Origin: an uncultured Candidatus Poseidoniales archaeon | Lineage (GTDB): Archaea; Thermoplasmatota; Poseidoniia; Poseidoniales; Poseidoniaceae | Direction: 5' to 3' | Assembly: GCA_964516645.1 (NCBI GenBank) | Contig: CAZEXE010000004.1 | Coordinates: 1-41,232, forward strand | Length of the DNA stretch: 41,232 nucleotides | In this document: piece by piece, positions 27,270-36,909 of the stretch | Numbering within the stretch: the stretch's first letter is position 1 | How the letters are laid out: every line of letters starts with the position of its first letter | The notes under the pieces: generated by a model | Database searches by the model: none | The model's input: only the letters and a program-made list of their open reading frames with translations | What the model was told of the DNA's origin: nothing | Translations under genes and position numbers: made by a program

Positions 27270-28547
27270 TTACACACCTAGGATTAAACGCCCAATGTCA
27301 CGCAAACCTGGAGCCATACCAACTATCATTACCGCTAGTACGATTAATACACGCAAATGTTGTTGCCTACTCTCGATTCGTAATTGAGAAAACATCCAAA
27401 TTATCAGAGTTGCAAGAGCCGCTTTGACCAAGAAAAATAGCCACGCACCTTCACCTAAAATTCCTAAATCATCGCCAAACTGTATTACAGCATCAGATAG
27501 AGGGTGCTTTTCAGAATAACCGAACCAATCAATTCCTACCATTGTTGCTAGACCATCACATAATTGGCCAAACAACATACCTGCGACCATCGGGGTGGCA
27601 AGAATTCCTCGTGCAGAAAGCATCTCAACGGGATGAGTGGACCGATCTTCGCTTTCCCACTCCTCCAAAGAAATACCGTCAGGAATCAATCCAACATCAT
27701 TGCCTGTTAATCGCAATTGAGTTAAATCCTCCACACCTTGACGCCAAACAGCCCAAGTGATTAGTAAAGGAAGTACGACAACTACCAACACTGGCCATAG
27801 AATTTCATTTTCTCTAGGTAACATCCCACTATCTTGAACCCACGGAGTTGAAGCTAGTTGTGCCCAATGTCCAAGACCCATTGTGATTAATCCAACTGCA
27901 AATGCTAGCATACTTCGAGGTATTGCATCCCAATCCCATGTGTTGTGAATTACAACTGCAATCATCACTGCTCCAGCAAAAGAGCCTGCGAGAATCCAGA
28001 AATGGCCGGTATCGTGGATGTGTACATTTGGTAAAACTAATATTCCTGTAAATACGATGTATGCGACCAGTAGCATCGCTAACATCGAAATTTGATTCTT
28101 CCTTCCAATATAGCCAATAATTGCTGAAACTACCAACCATACTGCAAGGTGTATGTGAATCAATGGTGAAATAAACAACACATCTATTCCTTCCTTGAAA
28201 TAATCTGCATCTTCCATCACTCTCAAAATTGGAGCTAAAGCAACCCACGACATCAAAGCCCAAACCATCTTGTCATCGACAGGTAACCTCCATTTGCGGA
28301 ATAGTGCTTGAAGAATAATAATCGCAGCAATCATTGTGGTGATGTAAACCAGAGTATTCACTCCAGAATAGCCTGCATCCCCACTAGCACCTGCATCTTT
28401 GACGATTGGATCCCAGATGTATATCTTGACAAAGTCATCCCAGAACATTTCAGGTACGAAAATCAATCCACCTACAATTATCAATGAAATTAATCCAAAT
28501 AGTGAAAGAAGAAATCTCTCTCCATTGGAGAACTCCGTATCTTCCAT
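27270..28547 (-). CDS. DUF63 family archaeal membrane protein
   Basis: GY..VNTLVY, LRVMEDA, FISPLI, DGLAT..GID..GYSEKHPLS, GMAPGLRD. Confidence 0.8.
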   Translation of the reverse strand: MEDTEFSNGERFLLSLFGLISLIIVGGLIFVPEMFWDDFVKIYIWDPIVKDAGASGDAGYSGVNTLVYITTMIAAIIILQALFRKWRLPVDDKMVWALMSWVALAPILRVMEDADYFKEGIDVLFISPLIHIHLAVWLVVSAIIGYIGRKNQISMLAMLLVAYIVFTGILVLPNVHIHDTGHFWILAGSFAGAVMIAVVIHNTWDWDAIPRSMLAFAVGLITMGLGHWAQLASTPWVQDSGMLPRENEILWPVLVVVVLPLLITWAVWRQGVEDLTQLRLTGNDVGLIPDGISLEEWESEDRSTHPVEMLSARGILATPMVAGMLFGQLCDGLATMVGIDWFGYSEKHPLSDAVIQFGDDLGILGEGAWLFFLVKAALATLIIWMFSQLRIESRQQHLRVLIVLAVMIVGMAPGLRDIGRLILGV

Positions 28548-28589
28548 GATTGTCTCACACCGTGACAGATGATGAGAGTTACGGAACCG

Positions 28590-29339
28590 TCACTCTTCTT
28601 CATCGTGGTCATGGTCACAATTTTCATCATGAACATGCTCTTCCTCTTCTTCATCATCAGCAACACGAGGCTCGTGAACTTCTACGAATGAAACCTTACC
28701 TGCTCCAACAGAATCTCTTAGAACAGTTACTAAACGGAATTTCTGCATTGCTGCATTAGGGTCGAATAGCATAGTTTGAGGTACAACGATTGAAATATCG
28801 TCACCATCGAATGAAACTTCAAATCCTTCTTGTCCAGTATTTGCTTCAAGAAGAGCTGCGACTTTCTCCTCTTTTCCTTCAATGACCTTTACAATCTTGT
28901 AATCATACTTCAGAGTGCGTCCTGCCATAGGATGATTGTAATCGATACGTGCTCTGCCGGCTGCAAGGTAAGAAAGAACTCCTTGACGGCCATCTACTGT
29001 AACTGGGCCTCCAATGTATAGTGACTTAGGGTCACGAACATGGCGCAATAATTTGTCGATTGAAATTGTCTCGATTTGCTCAGGATCTTTGTCTCCATAA
29101 GCATCTGCTGGAGCAATTTCAAGAGAGACATCTTTGTCTGCTTCCGCTTCCAATAGACTATCTTCAAATCCAGAGATTAGGTTTCCAGCACCTACTACGC
29201 AAACCAGAGGGGAGTAATTTCGACCCTCTTGATGCATCTCGTGCTCCTTTGCGACTTCTTCTCTAGTGGTCTCAATCAAATCGCCGGAGTCTGCGTTATA
29301 CAAGTCATACTCGACATGGACAATGGTTCCTTCTTCCAT
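28590..29339 (-). CDS. slyD: FKBP-type peptidyl-prolyl isomerase, archaeal long type (SlyD-like), with an acidic His/Cys tail
   Basis: VG.G.LISGFE, IAPADAYG, RIDYNHPMAGRTL, C-terminal archaeal domain, tail EEEEEHVHDENCDHDHDEEE. Confidence 0.9.
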   Translation of the reverse strand: MEEGTIVHVEYDLYNADSGDLIETTREEVAKEHEMHQEGRNYSPLVCVVGAGNLISGFEDSLLEAEADKDVSLEIAPADAYGDKDPEQIETISIDKLLRHVRDPKSLYIGGPVTVDGRQGVLSYLAAGRARIDYNHPMAGRTLKYDYKIVKVIEGKEEKVAALLEANTGQEGFEVSFDGDDISIVVPQTMLFDPNAAMQKFRLVTVLRDSVGAGKVSFVEVHEPRVADDEEEEEHVHDENCDHDHDEEE

Positions 29340-29352
29340 GGTTCTTCACCTA

Positions 29353-29378
29353 TCGCCCCTACGGGGGCACTTGGGCGA
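29353..29378. repeat. GC hairpin GCCCC-TAC-GGGGGC with alternative pairing TCGCCC/GGGCGA, upstream of the FKBP gene
   Basis: Seen in the intergenic spacer next to the AGGTGA SD. Confidence 0.45.
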
Positions 29379-29393
29379 CCGACCATCCCTATT

Positions 29394-31700
29394 TCAATCA
29401 GTTGGGTCGCCACGAGGAAACCAAATTGCAAGGCTTGCTAGCAACATCAGTGTCCATCCGCCCCACACTAAGTGAATACCAGGTAAGTCGTAAACCATTA
29501 TTCGAACTAAATCGCTACCTTCCATCAGTGAGCGTGCTTGAGTACCATCCATTATCAGAACCAAGTCTCCATGCCACAGATTAACTCTATCAATTTCCGA
29601 GCGAGAGCGTGTGTCGAAACGAAGCACACCAGGCTCAACCGTGTCGATTAATTCACCGTCTTCATAGACATTTATCACGGCTCCAAGGTAACCATCTCCC
29701 ACCTCAAGGTCATCGGTTTGCGTAACCACTTCAGTGAATTCGAATTGATATTCACCCCACTCAACCTTCTCATTTTTGATCATAGTGACGCTATGAGAAT
29801 AGGTGCCTCTGTCGATTATTGTCGTACTCATTACGTGTCCAATCACTATCAAAACCAAACCAAGATGAATCAAATGAGCAAAGAAAGGAATTTCTCTCTT
29901 ACCAAAGTTTTCTTTGGCTAGAGATATTGTTGCAGGTAATGCTAGTAATGCTGGTAGTAAGACCACCATTCCGATTTGTCCGCGACTCAATGATGCACCA
30001 AGGATATCTGTTGAATCATAACCAAGTGAGTTCCCGAAGAACCATGCTGCAACCAAAATTAGTGGTGTTGAAATTAGAAGATAAAACACTCTTTGAGGTG
30101 ATTCTCTAAGACTCCAAATCACAAATGCAAGCATTATTGCAGCAATTAATGGAGCGCCATACAATTCATGTGCTGCGAATTGAATTGAATCAATACTTGA
30201 AATCAAAATCACCAAGGTAAGAATCAGGTATAATCCGACAGCGACTACAGGTGTCCACAATGCCAGACGTTGCTGAGTGCTCCTGTCCTTAAACGAAAAT
30301 TTCGATTCCCCACTTTCTTCAGCAAAGAGCCAAGGTAAAACAAATGCTGTCATTCCTATTGCACATATCCAAATATCCAACATTCCAGACCATGATGCTG
30401 ACAAAAACAACATCACTCCGCCGCTAGCCCAGCCCCAAGCTTTGAGTCGTTCTTTTTCAAATACTAATCCAAAGGCAAACAATAGTGAAAGCAGTTCAAA
30501 CAAAACCATACCATGAATAAATCTGAGAGCGACCATAATCGCAGGGATTGCGAACCACTTCCAATCATGGCCAGTGTGCAATGACCGAATTCCTGATTCG
30601 ACAAACGGCCCCAATCCTAAAATTACTAACAATGTTGGAGGGAACCCCTCTAAGACATCTCCTCCACCGATAACGCCAATAATCGCAGTACCAGGTAATA
30701 ATGCAAGCCAATATTTGGAGAAGTCAAACCCAAGCCTAGAGGCAAGGAATAATCCCAATAGTTGCAGAATTCCAAGGAAGTAAATTACTACCTCAATTCC
30801 GCTAAAATCGGAAAGAAGCACCATAATCCGGCCGAATACATCGCTTGGTGGTGAACCTGCAGAATTCACAACAAAGGTATGGACGCTGACTGCCCAAACC
30901 CCACCCGCTCTTGTGACCATGGTTGCAAATAATGCCAAAGCACCGCATGCCATAGCAATCCCTGCCCACATGTGTTCCGGAGTCTTCCCAGGCCTTGTAC
31001 GAAGATGTAACAACATCACTAGGCAAATCCAAGGCAAAAGTGAGCCTGTCTCAACTGGATCCCACGCCCAATATCCACCCCAATCTAAGATTAAATAGGC
31101 CCAAAGCCCACCCAAGCCGATTCCTAAGGTTGAGAAAAAGAATGCTGGTCTAGCAACTTGAATGAGCCTATCTTTGATTCCTGCACAATCAGTCAATAAC
31201 GAAGAAATTGCAATACATGCAAGGGTGACACATAAGGAATAGGATAGGAATATCAACGGTGGATGGATTACCATCAAATCGGTTTGTAATAATTCATTTA
31301 GACCGGGTCCAACGCTTTCTGCGGGTTTGAATGGTTGCAAAATCCAAGCTACCAATAGCAATGTAAGAGCAAAGCCGTTCATCAAACGTAAGCGTAACAG
31401 ATGAGTTCTCTCTGATTCAGAAGACAATGGATTTCTCAAGATTGTTGAAAGCAGAGCCATCCAAGCGACCCAGAGAAGAAGTGGTCCCTCTCTAGCAGCC
31501 CAAGTGGCTGCAAACCTATACCTCAACGGAAGTTCTTCTCCACCGTACCAAGCAACTAGATGTATCATATCATAATTCATTGTGAACATGAATGCTAATA
31601 CCAAAAATGGTAATGTCAGAATCCATGTAATTTGCGGGTCTGGGCGGTATGTGACCCATGCAGCCACAAAAACAGCAAATGGCATCAACAAGGATTCCAT
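29394..31700 (-). CDS. ccmF: Cytochrome c biogenesis heme lyase CcmF
   Basis: W...EG.LLLW, GLNELLQ..LMVIHPP, WGGYWAWDPVE (WWD domain), SVHTF, HLIHLG. Confidence 0.9.
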   Translation of the reverse strand: MESLLMPFAVFVAAWVTYRPDPQITWILTLPFLVLAFMFTMNYDMIHLVAWYGGEELPLRYRFAATWAAREGPLLLWVAWMALLSTILRNPLSSESERTHLLRLRLMNGFALTLLLVAWILQPFKPAESVGPGLNELLQTDLMVIHPPLIFLSYSLCVTLACIAISSLLTDCAGIKDRLIQVARPAFFFSTLGIGLGGLWAYLILDWGGYWAWDPVETGSLLPWICLVMLLHLRTRPGKTPEHMWAGIAMACGALALFATMVTRAGGVWAVSVHTFVVNSAGSPPSDVFGRIMVLLSDFSGIEVVIYFLGILQLLGLFLASRLGFDFSKYWLALLPGTAIIGVIGGGDVLEGFPPTLLVILGLGPFVESGIRSLHTGHDWKWFAIPAIMVALRFIHGMVLFELLSLLFAFGLVFEKERLKAWGWASGGVMLFLSASWSGMLDIWICAIGMTAFVLPWLFAEESGESKFSFKDRSTQQRLALWTPVVAVGLYLILTLVILISSIDSIQFAAHELYGAPLIAAIMLAFVIWSLRESPQRVFYLLISTPLILVAAWFFGNSLGYDSTDILGASLSRGQIGMVVLLPALLALPATISLAKENFGKREIPFFAHLIHLGLVLIVIGHVMSTTIIDRGTYSHSVTMIKNEKVEWGEYQFEFTEVVTQTDDLEVGDGYLGAVINVYEDGELIDTVEPGVLRFDTRSRSEIDRVNLWHGDLVLIMDGTQARSLMEGSDLVRIMVYDLPGIHLVWGGWTLMLLASLAIWFPRGDPTD

Positions 31701-31704
31701 CTAC

Positions 31705-32931
31705 TCACCAACCGAAATGCTTTGCTCTTGAATATCCAAAGGACAACAATACACTGATGACACCTTTAGTGTACAACAGGGGGTGACGCACTAGTATTTT
31801 CAGCCCAATCCATGTCTTATCGAGAATCGACATTGAGCCTAACTCTTCAGGTAGGCAGTGTGCCATATTGGACAGTTCCTGATCGGTCAAATCATATAGT
31901 GATGTTTTCCCCTTCAATATTTTGTGATATGGCGGGAATTTTTTCTTCCACGCTTTGACATATCTCTGCATCCTTGCATCAGAAAGGTCACCCTCAGAAA
32001 TAGCAGAAGCAATTGTTTGGGCTGCTTGTCTTCCAGACCAAAGCGCAAGATGAGAACCCCCTTCGAATAACGGTGAAGTGAAACCCGCTGCATCACCAAC
32101 CAAAATCAATCCGTCACCAGTTGTAATTTCACGAGGGCCTGAAATAGGAATCGTGCCGCCAAATGGACGTGGTTTAAGTCCTGGCTTCCTCCACTCAGGA
32201 TTTTGAATACCCTTGCCTTTGAGATAGGTGTCTTCTACAAATTTGTCAAGATATTTTATCGCTCCTTTCTTGTCTGTAGTTACCAAGCCAACATTTGCTC
32301 TTCCACCTTTCTTGGGAATCATCCACACATACCCGTGCGGGGAATATTCTGGCCACAGGTAGAAATCAAGATATCCATCATTATCGACTTCTGTCAACTC
32401 ATATTGGAAGCCTGCAATCACTTCTACTTCAGTGCCCATATCCAGTAATTTTGTCGCTGCACCGGCCACTCCTGAAGCATCAATTACGGCTTTACATTCA
32501 ATTGGAAATTCATTTCCACGACCATCAATTTTCCAATTGATAAATTGATTTTTGCTATTGTAAATTCTCTCCATTGAAGTAACCCTATGTGAAAGGTGCA
32601 AACTAGCCCCTTGATTTACAGCTTCTTCACACAACCATTGCTCGAACTTATGCTTCTCCAAAACATACCCCTTTTCTGTAAGAAACTTGGCAGTTCCATC
32701 AGGGAAAATTACACGGATGCCTTTGCAATCCAATGCAATCACATCCTCGGGCAATTCCAAATCTAAATTATCGACCGCCATTTGAGATAGACATTCGCCA
32801 CAATGGACCGGTACACCAACCTCTGGATCAGCTTCAACAATCATCGTCCTAAGCCCTGCACGAGCAGAGTGAAGGGCGGCTGAACCGCCACCTGGCCCAG
32901 CACCGATAACGAGGACATCGCAACTCGCCAT
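31705..32931 (-). CDS. Geranylgeranyl reductase family (DGGGPL reductase-like) flavoprotein
   Basis: GAGPGG, PVHCGECLS, PHGYVWMIPK...ANVG, GDAAGFTSPLFEGG. ATG 32931 follows GGAGG. Confidence 0.88.
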   Translation of the reverse strand: MASCDVLVIGAGPGGGSAALHSARAGLRTMIVEADPEVGVPVHCGECLSQMAVDNLDLELPEDVIALDCKGIRVIFPDGTAKFLTEKGYVLEKHKFEQWLCEEAVNQGASLHLSHRVTSMERIYNSKNQFINWKIDGRGNEFPIECKAVIDASGVAGAATKLLDMGTEVEVIAGFQYELTEVDNDGYLDFYLWPEYSPHGYVWMIPKKGGRANVGLVTTDKKGAIKYLDKFVEDTYLKGKGIQNPEWRKPGLKPRPFGGTIPISGPREITTGDGLILVGDAAGFTSPLFEGGSHLALWSGRQAAQTIASAISEGDLSDARMQRYVKAWKKKFPPYHKILKGKTSLYDLTDQELSNMAHCLPEELGSMSILDKTWIGLKILVRHPLLYTKGVISVLLSFGYSRAKHFGW

Positions 32932-32950
32932 GCCTCCCCGAAGGGGAGGC
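32932..32950. promoter_or_regulatory. Perfect inverted repeat GCCTCCCC-GAA-GGGGAGGC covering the SD of the GGR gene
   Basis: 8-bp arms abutting the start codon, in the divergent GGR/ubiD spacer. Confidence 0.6.
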
Positions 32951-33009
32951 GGGACTTCAATGAGTCGGCATAAAACAAGTATTGATGAAGAAGGCCTCCT
33001 AGCGGTATC

Positions 33010-34935
33010 ATGGCCTGGCGCAATTTGACTCGCTGGCTCGCCCACCTCGAGAAAGAGGGTGAGTTGCTGCGTATCTCTGAACCAGTTGATGTCGAATTAG
33101 AAGCCGGAGCGATAGCAGACCGCCTAGTCAAGACAAATGGCCCCGCAGTATTATTTGAGCAACCAAGACTTCCAAATGGCGATATTAGTGAAATTCCGCT
33201 TGCTATGAATTTGTTCGGATCTCAAGATAGAACCCTCAGAGCGCTGGGCGCTGCCCATTCAACCGAAGTTGGTGACAGATTAGTCGCATTAATGAAACCA
33301 GATATTGGTGGAATTCTGAAGAGGCCTTGGACTGGGTTTCCTTTGCTAAGAGATGCTTTGTCTTTACCACCAAAGAAGGTCAGAAGGGGGGCTTGCCAGA
33401 GGGTAAAAATGGAAATTGATGTCACCCAGTTACCGATTCCAAAGACATGGCCTATGGATGGCGGCAGATACATCACCTTACCACTAGTAGTTACCAAAGA
33501 CCCAAATTCGGGAGAACATAATTTGGGAATGTATAGAGGTCAAATTTTCGGACCAAAGGAGGTTGGACTTCATTGGCAGATTCACAAACATGGAGCAGAC
33601 CACGCAGCAGCATGGCCAGATGGGAAGATGCCAGTTGCGATTTGTATTGGTGGCCCACCTGAACTTATCTTCTCAGCAATAGCACCCCTTCCCGATAACT
33701 TGGAGGAATATATGTTTGCAGGATTCCTCGGAAGAAGGCGGTTAAGAATTACTAAAGCGCTAACTCAAAACTTACTTGTTCCAGCAGAAGCTGATATCGT
33801 GATTGAAGGATGGGTGGATGCAACCCAAACTAGAACCGAAGGGCCGTTTGGAGACCACTTTGGATTCTATTCATTGACGGGCCAATATCCTGTTCTCAAT
33901 GTTACAGCAATCACTAGAAGAAAGAATGCAATACTTCCTGCCACAATAGTTGGTCAACCGCCGATGGAAGATGGTTACCTAGGGGAAGCCATCGGTAAAC
34001 AATTCCGGCCAATCTTATCATTCCAACATCGCGACGTTCTAGATTTGCACCTGCCGTTGGAAACCGGATTCCACAATCTTGCCATTATCAATAGCAAGCA
34101 AAGATATCCCCGCCAGGCTCGAAAAACTTGCGTTGGTTTACTGGGAGCAGGACAAATGATGTTCTTGAAAATCCTAATCGCTACCGATGAAAACCCAAGA
34201 GATCTAGATGCATTATTGGATGTACTCAACAACCGTGTTGACCCATATACTGACATCACTATTTTGAACGGAATGGTTAGTGATGCTTTAGAACCTGCAT
34301 CGACATATGAAAATGTACATTCGAAGATAATTATCGATGCAACAAAATTGGTTCCTGCCGATCCAAGAAGTGGAGACCCATTAGAAGGGTCGCCAATCGA
34401 AAAATGTCCTGCCTGGAGAAGAGGTGAAGAAGAGGCACCAGGAATAAGTGATTCATTGCTAAATAAAATCTCAGAAATCGATGGAATAGAAGATTGCCTT
34501 CTGCTTCGAAATTCAATGCTTGTTGTCACTGTAAATATCGAAGGGAGGCCGGATCCAAGAACCGGTATGCAATGGCCAAATGAAGAGGATGCGCAAGCCC
34601 AAAGAGATAAAATTATTCAATTGAGAAATTTAATTTGGCAATTGGACTTGAAAAATGAATTACGGTGGCTATTTTTCACAGATGATGATTTGGATTTACA
34701 TGGAGAAGGCGCCAAACGTAGACTCTTGTGGCAACTGACTTCACGCTTTGCTGTCGAGCGTGATTTCATTGTGGAAGGAGGTAGAATTTTCTGGGATGCA
34801 ACTATGCCAATTCCTTCGTTTGAAGGCCCAACTCCTGTAAGAAGATGGCCCGCGATTACTATGCACGATCCTGAAACTTTAGCTGCGATTGAAAGGTTTG
34901 ATTTGCCACCATGGCCCAATAATTTGGTGATGTGA
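33010..34935 (+). CDS. ubiD: UbiD family prFMN decarboxylase, menaquinone (MqnL-like) type, with C-terminal extension
   Basis: WPMDGGRYITLP, NLGMYR, HWQIHK.GA.H, EGPFGDHFGFY, VGQPPMED. Confidence 0.88.
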   Translation: MAWRNLTRWLAHLEKEGELLRISEPVDVELEAGAIADRLVKTNGPAVLFEQPRLPNGDISEIPLAMNLFGSQDRTLRALGAAHSTEVGDRLVALMKPDIGGILKRPWTGFPLLRDALSLPPKKVRRGACQRVKMEIDVTQLPIPKTWPMDGGRYITLPLVVTKDPNSGEHNLGMYRGQIFGPKEVGLHWQIHKHGADHAAAWPDGKMPVAICIGGPPELIFSAIAPLPDNLEEYMFAGFLGRRRLRITKALTQNLLVPAEADIVIEGWVDATQTRTEGPFGDHFGFYSLTGQYPVLNVTAITRRKNAILPATIVGQPPMEDGYLGEAIGKQFRPILSFQHRDVLDLHLPLETGFHNLAIINSKQRYPRQARKTCVGLLGAGQMMFLKILIATDENPRDLDALLDVLNNRVDPYTDITILNGMVSDALEPASTYENVHSKIIIDATKLVPADPRSGDPLEGSPIEKCPAWRRGEEEAPGISDSLLNKISEIDGIEDCLLLRNSMLVVTVNIEGRPDPRTGMQWPNEEDAQAQRDKIIQLRNLIWQLDLKNELRWLFFTDDDLDLHGEGAKRRLLWQLTSRFAVERDFIVEGGRIFWDATMPIPSFEGPTPVRRWPAITMHDPETLAAIERFDLPPWPNNLVM

Positions 34936-35742
34936 ATGGACTTGAAACAGATTGCTTCATTTGTCAAAATTGAACATACTTTGTTTAGTTTACCTTTCGT
35001 TTTTATTGGAGCATTAATGGCTGGTGAACCTAGCAATTCACAATTCCTGTGGATACTAGTTGCTGCAGTTGGTGCAAGAGGTCTTGCGATGGGATTGAAT
35101 AGAATAATCGACAAGGATATCGATGCTGAAAATCCCCGTACCGCAAGTAGGCACCTTGCCCAAGGAAGCATGTCTCTCCAAACAGCCTGGATATTGTGTG
35201 CAATATTCTTGCTAATGCTTGTAGGAGGTGCATGGATGCTTAACCCTCTATGTTTGTACCTATCACCAATCCCAGTAGCTGCATTTGTTATCTACCCCTA
35301 TCTCAAGAGATTCACTTGGTTGTGCCATTGGTGGCTAGGTGGATGTCTAGCACTCGCACCTGCAGGAGCGTGGGTAGCAATTACAGGTGAAATTTCATCA
35401 TACTCTTGGTATCCTGAATTGCTGTATGTATCAGTTGGAGTAATGGTATGGATTGCGGCATTTGATTTGGGATACGCGCAAATGGATATTGATAATGATA
35501 AGAACACTGGGATAAAGTCATTCCCAGCAGTATTCCAACCTCCCGCAACAATGACAGTTATGCTACTGTCAATACCGATCTGGGCTGTTGCTTTCTCGGT
35601 GGTTTCATTTTACGGTACATTGATTGCTATGGCTCTAGTTTTTGGCGTTTTAGCGGCTTCTGGTTCTCAATTCCAAAAATGGTGGTTTAGAGCACATGTT
35701 TCCACCGGTTGGATTCTGTTAGCAGCAATGCAACTTTCATAG
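34936..35742 (+). CDS. ubiA: UbiA family aromatic prenyltransferase (MqnP-like)
   Basis: KIEHTLFSLPF, NRIIDKDIDAENPRT..R, FD..YAQMDIDND. Confidence 0.88.
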   Translation: MDLKQIASFVKIEHTLFSLPFVFIGALMAGEPSNSQFLWILVAAVGARGLAMGLNRIIDKDIDAENPRTASRHLAQGSMSLQTAWILCAIFLLMLVGGAWMLNPLCLYLSPIPVAAFVIYPYLKRFTWLCHWWLGGCLALAPAGAWVAITGEISSYSWYPELLYVSVGVMVWIAAFDLGYAQMDIDNDKNTGIKSFPAVFQPPATMTVMLLSIPIWAVAFSVVSFYGTLIAMALVFGVLAASGSQFQKWWFRAHVSTGWILLAAMQLS

Positions 35743-35765
35743 AGTGGCGAGACCCCCGGACAGAT

Positions 35766-36143
35766 ATGAATCCGATAGTGAAGTCCTTGCTAGAATTCAA
35801 TCATGCGTTCGATATCCCAAAATTGGACAACCCAGGATTAGGGCCTGACGAATTAATCGAGTTAAGAATTAAACTTCTTTCAGAAGAAGTACAAGAATAT
35901 GCAGAGGCTGCAAGAGCAGGAGATTTAGTCGAAGTGCTCGACGCACTAGCAGACATTGGCTATATTCTTGCAGGCACAATAATCAATCACGGAATGCAAG
36001 AAATCTATGATGATGCATTCGATGAAGTACATCGCTCCAATATGGCGAAACTAGTAGATGGAAAAGTGCTGCGTAGAGAAGATGGAAAGGTAATGAAACC
36101 CGCAGGTTGGCAACCTCCTCACCTCGCACAATTCCTCCAGTGA
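35766..36143 (+). CDS. MazG-like / PRA-PH all-alpha NTP pyrophosphohydrolase
   Basis: LLSEEVQE, DALADI.Y, FDEVHRSNMAK, REDGKVMKP..W.PP.L. Confidence 0.85.
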   Translation: MNPIVKSLLEFNHAFDIPKLDNPGLGPDELIELRIKLLSEEVQEYAEAARAGDLVEVLDALADIGYILAGTIINHGMQEIYDDAFDEVHRSNMAKLVDGKVLRREDGKVMKPAGWQPPHLAQFLQ

Positions 36144-36153
36144 GTTATTGAGT

Positions 36154-36174
36154 ATGCCCTCCTAGGGAGGGCAT
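36154..36174. promoter_or_regulatory. Perfect inverted repeat ATGCCCTCC-TAG-GGAGGGCAT covering the SD and start codon of the SDR gene
   Basis: 9-bp arms; the right arm contains GGAGG and the AT of ATG 36173. Confidence 0.6.
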
Positions 36175-36898
36175 GCGCACCGCATTGGTTACCGGTGGCG
36201 GCCGAGGAATTGGCGCCGCTATCTCAAAGCAATTAGCGAATGACGGATACCGTATTTTGCTAACCTATTGCAATTCATCCAAGCCAGCAGAAATGGTTGT
36301 TGATGAAATCCGCAATACAGGAATAGATGCTGTTGCAGCGAATTGTGATGTTACCGATGCAAGAGAAGTCGCACTATTGGCAACACATCCATGGATGGTT
36401 GAAGGCATTGATGTGTTGGTTCTCAATCATGGTAGATATGATCGAATCGAAGCAAAGGATCTCGACATAGGTCATTTGCGACGCACAATGTCAACCAATT
36501 TCGAAGGTGCATTCTTGATTTGGGATGCTGTGAAAACACACCTTACACAAGACGCGAGAATCTGTGTAATTGGAAGTCAATTAGGCACAAGAGGTTCTCC
36601 ACATGGTGCTGATTATTCTGCTTCTAAAGCGGCTTTAGCAATCTGGGCACGTTCTCTCGCACAATCCCTCGCTCCTGAAGGAAAGAGAGTGAATGTAGTT
36701 GCACCTGGTTTCGTCGATACAGACATATTGGCAGGAGATAGTCTTGAGAAGAGAGCTAGCCGAGAAGAAGAAGTTCCACTAAAGAGAATAGGTACTCCAG
36801 AAGATATCGCTGGAGTCGTGTCATTTTTAGTCGGTGAAGATTCAAGTTATATCACCGGTGCAGTGATTCATGTTAATGGCGGATTGTACCTACCTTAG
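36173..36898 (+). CDS. Short-chain dehydrogenase/reductase (FabG-like)
   Basis: TGGGRGIG, YSASK, VNVVAPGFVDTD, YITG.VI.VNGG. Confidence 0.9.
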   Translation: MRTALVTGGGRGIGAAISKQLANDGYRILLTYCNSSKPAEMVVDEIRNTGIDAVAANCDVTDAREVALLATHPWMVEGIDVLVLNHGRYDRIEAKDLDIGHLRRTMSTNFEGAFLIWDAVKTHLTQDARICVIGSQLGTRGSPHGADYSASKAALAIWARSLAQSLAPEGKRVNVVAPGFVDTDILAGDSLEKRASREEEVPLKRIGTPEDIAGVVSFLVGEDSSYITGAVIHVNGGLYLP

Positions 36899-36909
36899 GA
36901 TGTGAATGA

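Noticed and set aside
33010-34935. Anhydromevalonate phosphate decarboxylase of the archaeal mevalonate pathway
   Set aside because: The HWQIHK motif, the length and the coupling to an MqnP-like UbiA favour quinone biosynthesis
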